64,000 bases of DNA from the human T2T-CHM13v2.0 reference genome, Homo sapiens, in the NCBI RefSeq assembly GCF_009914755.1, contig NC_060929.1. One strand, given 5' to 3'. The notes beneath the pieces were generated by a model, which made no database searches, was not told where the DNA came from, and was given only the letters and a program-made list of their open reading frames with translations. The number at the start of each line of letters is the position of its first letter. Within the stretch, counting starts at the first letter, position 1. Both the position numbers and the translations under genes were made by a program. Below, one piece after another: positions 55,803 through 64,000 of this stretch.

Positions 55803-56922
55803 GAAAATTATACTCCTGAGTAAAGCCAAACCCACAGCAGGTCACTTCTGTATCATTTAGAGACATATTCAGTTGGTTCAGTGGCCCAAGTGGGTGTGAA
55901 ATCTGCCAGAGCTGAAAGGCAGTTCTTTCTACTGCTTCTTAGAGGGGTCATATCACTGCCTAGAAACAACCTGCACTAGCATGCTGGCCTCCATTTGTAA
56001 AGGTCAGATAAGAACCTTGTACATTTTGGGTCCTTCTGATCTACAAGCTTCCATCTATTGACAGATATTAAAGCAGTCTAATGATCCGCCAGAGAAGCAT
56101 CAGGAACTTGCATGCTCAGAGGGAGAGGGCACTTCTCCCTTCCTATATGCATTCATCAGCAGGAGTCTCACAAGAACCCCAGAACTCCTGGCAAGACTTC
56201 CAACCTTCCCCCAAACAACACTAATAGATATTCCACTTTGATATGACTTGGAACCATCAGGACTTATTTTATCATATTCTTTATTTATGTTTTTGTCAGT
56301 CACAGAAACCCAGGTGTCCCAGGTCATCCTTCACTGTCTAATTTCCATAATTTTTGTATATTCCCTTCCTGATTCCTGAAACCCTTCTATTATACTCTCT
56401 GGAATTTAAAGGGAAAAATTCATCAGCAAAATATCCTATACTCTCAAATCCTTCAACTGCTCACTTCTCTATCTGGCTCTAAATGAAAATGGGGCCTCCC
56501 TTAAAGACAAGACTTCCTGGAGCAGTAGTTCTCCCAGTACACAGCTGGAGATCTGAGAACCGACAGACTGCCTCCTCAAGTGGGTCCCTGACCCCTGACC
56601 CCCGAGCAGCCTAACTGGGAGGCACCCCCCAGTAAGGGCAGACTGACACCTCAGACGGCCGGGTACTCCTCTGAGACAAAACTTCCAGAGGAACGATCAG
56701 ACAGCAGCATTTGCGGTTGACGAAAATCCGCTGTTCTGCAGCAACCGCCGTGGATACCCAGGCAAACAGGGTCTGCAGTGGACCTCTAGCAAACTCCAAC
56801 AGACCTGCAGCTGAGGGTCCTATCTGTTAGAAGGAAAACTAACAAACAGAAAGGACATCCACAACAAAAACCCATCTGTACATCACCATCATCAAAGACC
56901 AAAAGTAGATAAAACCACAAAG

Positions 56923-57916
56923 ATGGGAAAAAACAGAGCAGAAAAACTGGAAAATCTGAAAGACAGAGCGCCTCTCCTCCTTCAAAGGAATGCAGCTCCT
57001 CACCAGCAACGGAACAAAGCTGGACAGAAAATGACTTTGAGGAGCTGAGAGAAGAAGGCTTCAGATGATCAAAGTACTCCGAGCCACAGGAGGAAATTCA
57101 AACCAAAGGCAAAGAAGTTAAAAACTTTGAAAAAAATTTAGACGAATGTATAACTAGAATAACCAATACAGAGAAGTGCTTAAAGGAGCTGATGGAGCTG
57201 AAAGCCAAGGCTCAAGAACTACGTGAAGAATGCAGAAGCCTCATGAGCCGATGCGATCAACTGGAAGAAAGGGTATCAGTGATAGAAGATGAAATGAATG
57301 AAATGAAGCAAGAAGAGAAGTTTAGAGAAAAAAGAATAAAAAGAAATGAACAAAGCCTCCAAGAAATATAGGACTAGTGAAAAGACCAAATCTACTTCTG
57401 ATTGGTGTACCTGAAAGTGACGGGGAGAATGGAACCAAGTTGGAAAACACTCTGCAAGATATTATGCAGGAGAACTTCCCCAATCTAGCAAGGCAGGTCA
57501 ACATTCAGATTTACGAAATACAGAAAACACCACAAAGATAATCCTCGAGAAGAGCAACTCCAAGACACATAATTGTCAGATTCACCAAAGTTGAAATGAA
57601 GGAAAAAATGTTAAGGGCAGCCAGAGAGAAAGGTCAGGTTACCCAGAAAGGGAAGCCCATCAGACTAACGGCTGATCTCTCAGCAGAAACTCTACAAGCC
57701 AGAAGAGAGTGGGGGCCAATATTCAACATCCTTAAAAGAATTTTCAACCCAGAATTTCATATCCAGCCAAACTAAGCTTCATTAAGTGAAGGAGACAAGC
57801 AAATGCTGAGACATTTTGCCACAACCAGGCCTGCCCTAAAAGAGCTCCTGAAGGAAGCACTAAACATGGAAAGGAACAACTGGAACCAGCCACTGCAAAA
57901 TCATGCCAAATTGTAA
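56923..57916 (+). pseudogene. ORF1: L1 ORF1 (disrupted)
   Basis: ATGGGAAAAAA start, early frameshift, several stops and deletions. Confidence 0.9.
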
Positions 57917-57979
57917 AGACCATCGAGGCTAGGAAGAAACTACATCAACTAACGAGCAAAATAACCAGCTAACATCATA

Positions 57980-61802
<3,823 letters not shown>

Positions 61803-64000
61803 ACAATGAGATCACATGGACACAGGAAGGGGAACATCACACTCTGGGGACTGTTGTGGGGTCGGGGGAGGGAGGAGGGATAGCATTAGGAGATATACCT
61901 AATGCTAAATGACGAGTTAATGGGTGCAGCACACCAGCATGGCACATGTATACATATGTAACTAACCTGCACATTGTGCACATGTACCCTAAAACTTAAA
62001 TATAATAATAATAAAATAAAATAAAATAAAATAAAGTGCTATTAAAATGCCTTAAATATTAAAAAAAAAAAAAAAAAAACGAAGACAACACTTCCTTTGT
62101 GGTCCCCTCAAGTGAGGGCTTTTTCTCTTCCTCAAGCACTTTACTGCTGGGCTTGGAGGTAAGTTAACAGTCCTCCTTGCCTCCCATTCCTATTGCAAAC
62201 AATTCAGACTCTTCTCCATGCACACCTCGACCCCTAGCTTTGCATCTCATTTCATCTTCATGAGCCCCACTACCCTCCTTGTTGCCCTCAGTGATCAACC
62301 TTTCAAGCACTTCTCCTTGTTTCTTAAAGACTCACCGTCACTCTCTCCAAGACAACGCTGTTTTAATTCTTGGTGATTTTAATGTCCATGCAGCTATTTC
62401 TTCTAATACCATAGTCTCTCAATTCCTTGAATTCCTCTCTCTAGTGATCTTTTCTTCCATTCCCTGAGCCACTTACTCTATGGTTATTCCTTAGACTTGT
62501 TATGATTTTTCTAGTTTTCTCCCTGACATGATGGAATTTCAGAAATACCTTACCCACATAGGGATCTACAATCCATTGATCCTCCCACCTTTTCACTCTT
62601 TCTCTCCCCTTTCATACCCTTGCTTCCCTCCTTCTCTGGTTGGTTTTTCACGATCAGTTGTAATCATTCTTATCTATGCACTGTCAACTCCTTTGTCTCT
62701 CTCTTGCTTTGTCCCAGTAAACAACCACATTCTTGATTTAATCCAACTTTCAATATACTTCACAGCTTTCTCCTTCACAGCTGACCCATATTCTACGTGT
62801 TGTCAAATGAGATTTCCTTTTATCAGCCATGTAAGCATTATTTGGCACATTTGAGCATTACTTTCTTACTTACTTGGCTTCAGAAATCACACTCTCCTGG
62901 TTTTCTACCTTATTGGCCACTCGCTTTGTTTCTTTTCAGCTTCTACCTCATCTTCCCATCCTTATATTTTTGGAGAGCTTCAGGACTTGGTGCTTGGATA
63001 TTTTTTCTTTCAAGTCTATACTCACTCACTTATTGATCTTATCTGCTCTCACAGTTATAAATACTACTTAGATTTGTATACTTTGCAAATTTCTCTCACT
63101 AGTCCAGACCTCTCCTCTTAGAGTCCAGAATCATATGTCCCACTATTCTGCTAACTATTCAGCATCTTTACTTAAATATCTAAGACAGTGGGATCTTACT
63201 ACAGATTTTTCTATTTATCCCAACTCTTACTATTTAACCTTCGGTCACACAAATCTAGGAACGGAACGAATTCAAACAGGGAAAGATAATTCTACATCCA
63301 AATTCAACTCCTGATCTTCTTTCCAAAACATACTACTCTTACTGTCTTTCTTATACCTGAAAATGATAATACAAGCTTTCCAGTTTCCTCGGGCCAAGAA
63401 ACAAAAAGACCTCGGACCCATCTTTGTGTCCTCTCTACTCTGTCAGTATATCATGTTAGTTCCACTTTAAATTTAAATTCAGAATCAACTCCGTCTACCA
63501 ATCTCACCACCGCCTTCCTTGTCAAAGCTACCATGTTCTCCCTCCTAACCAGTCTTCTGCCTTTACCCCTGCTGCCTTCAGTCTCTTCTCAGCATAGCAA
63601 TCTGAGCAATCCTGCTAGTCAGATGGTCTCTAATGCGCTTACAAAATGCAGTGGCTTTCCAGTTCATACTGGCTAAAAATCAAAAGCACTAGCATGCCCC
63701 ACAAGACTTTCCCCTATGGCCTCATCCCTTAGGACCCCTCCCCATGCTCACTCTGTCCCAGCTGCACTGGCTTTCTTTCTATTCTGTTCTTTAGACATGT
63801 CAATCCTGCTCTTACTTCAGAGCCCCTTTCCTTGATGTTGTTTCTGCCTAGTATACTTTCCCTTGGACTCTGCATGTCTTCCTTCCTTGCGTGTATCAGG
63901 TCTTTCTTAAAATAGCATCTTGTATCTGTAGTCTTGTATGACCACTGACCAAAATGAAACAACTCCAGATGCACACACTATCCTCCCTGCTCTTTCCTGC

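Noticed and set aside
63205-63300. Mitochondrial ND4-like insertion (NUMT)
   Set aside because: Only short patchy resemblance to ND4; no sustained alignment or reading frame.

Overview
This is primate genomic DNA (hominoid, probably human), AT-rich and dominated by transposable elements. I recognise no cellular protein-coding exon, RNA gene or CRISPR array. Nearly all ORFs in the supplied track are decayed L1, HERV-H or Alu reading frames, or chance ORFs. The main elements are: (1) a HERV-H provirus that has lost its 5' LTR and PBS but keeps a complete 3' LTR7 (1087-6321); (2) three long co-oriented L1s, namely a full-length L1PA5-like copy (34453-40631), a full-length older L1PA11-13-like copy (42061-48590) and a 5'-truncated L1PA3/4-like copy (56519-62035); (3) many Alu, MaLR/ERVL LTR, MER1B, Tigger3, MADE1, MIR and L2 relics. 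The unusual signals concern genome dynamics rather than a new gene system. At 8.8-10.5 kb there is a cluster of locally templated copies: a 351-bp HERV-H patch, a perfect 36-bp inverted repeat and a 28-bp direct repeat at an Alu/LTR truncation junction. Two L1s about 21.4 kb apart share apparently non-consensus mutations, which suggests ectopic gene conversion. Two L1 3' transductions are delimited by target-site duplications (TSDs). An intact, extended antisense L1 ORF0 could splice in frame to a strong acceptor at 31054. Subfamily names and consensus comparisons are from memory, not from a database search.
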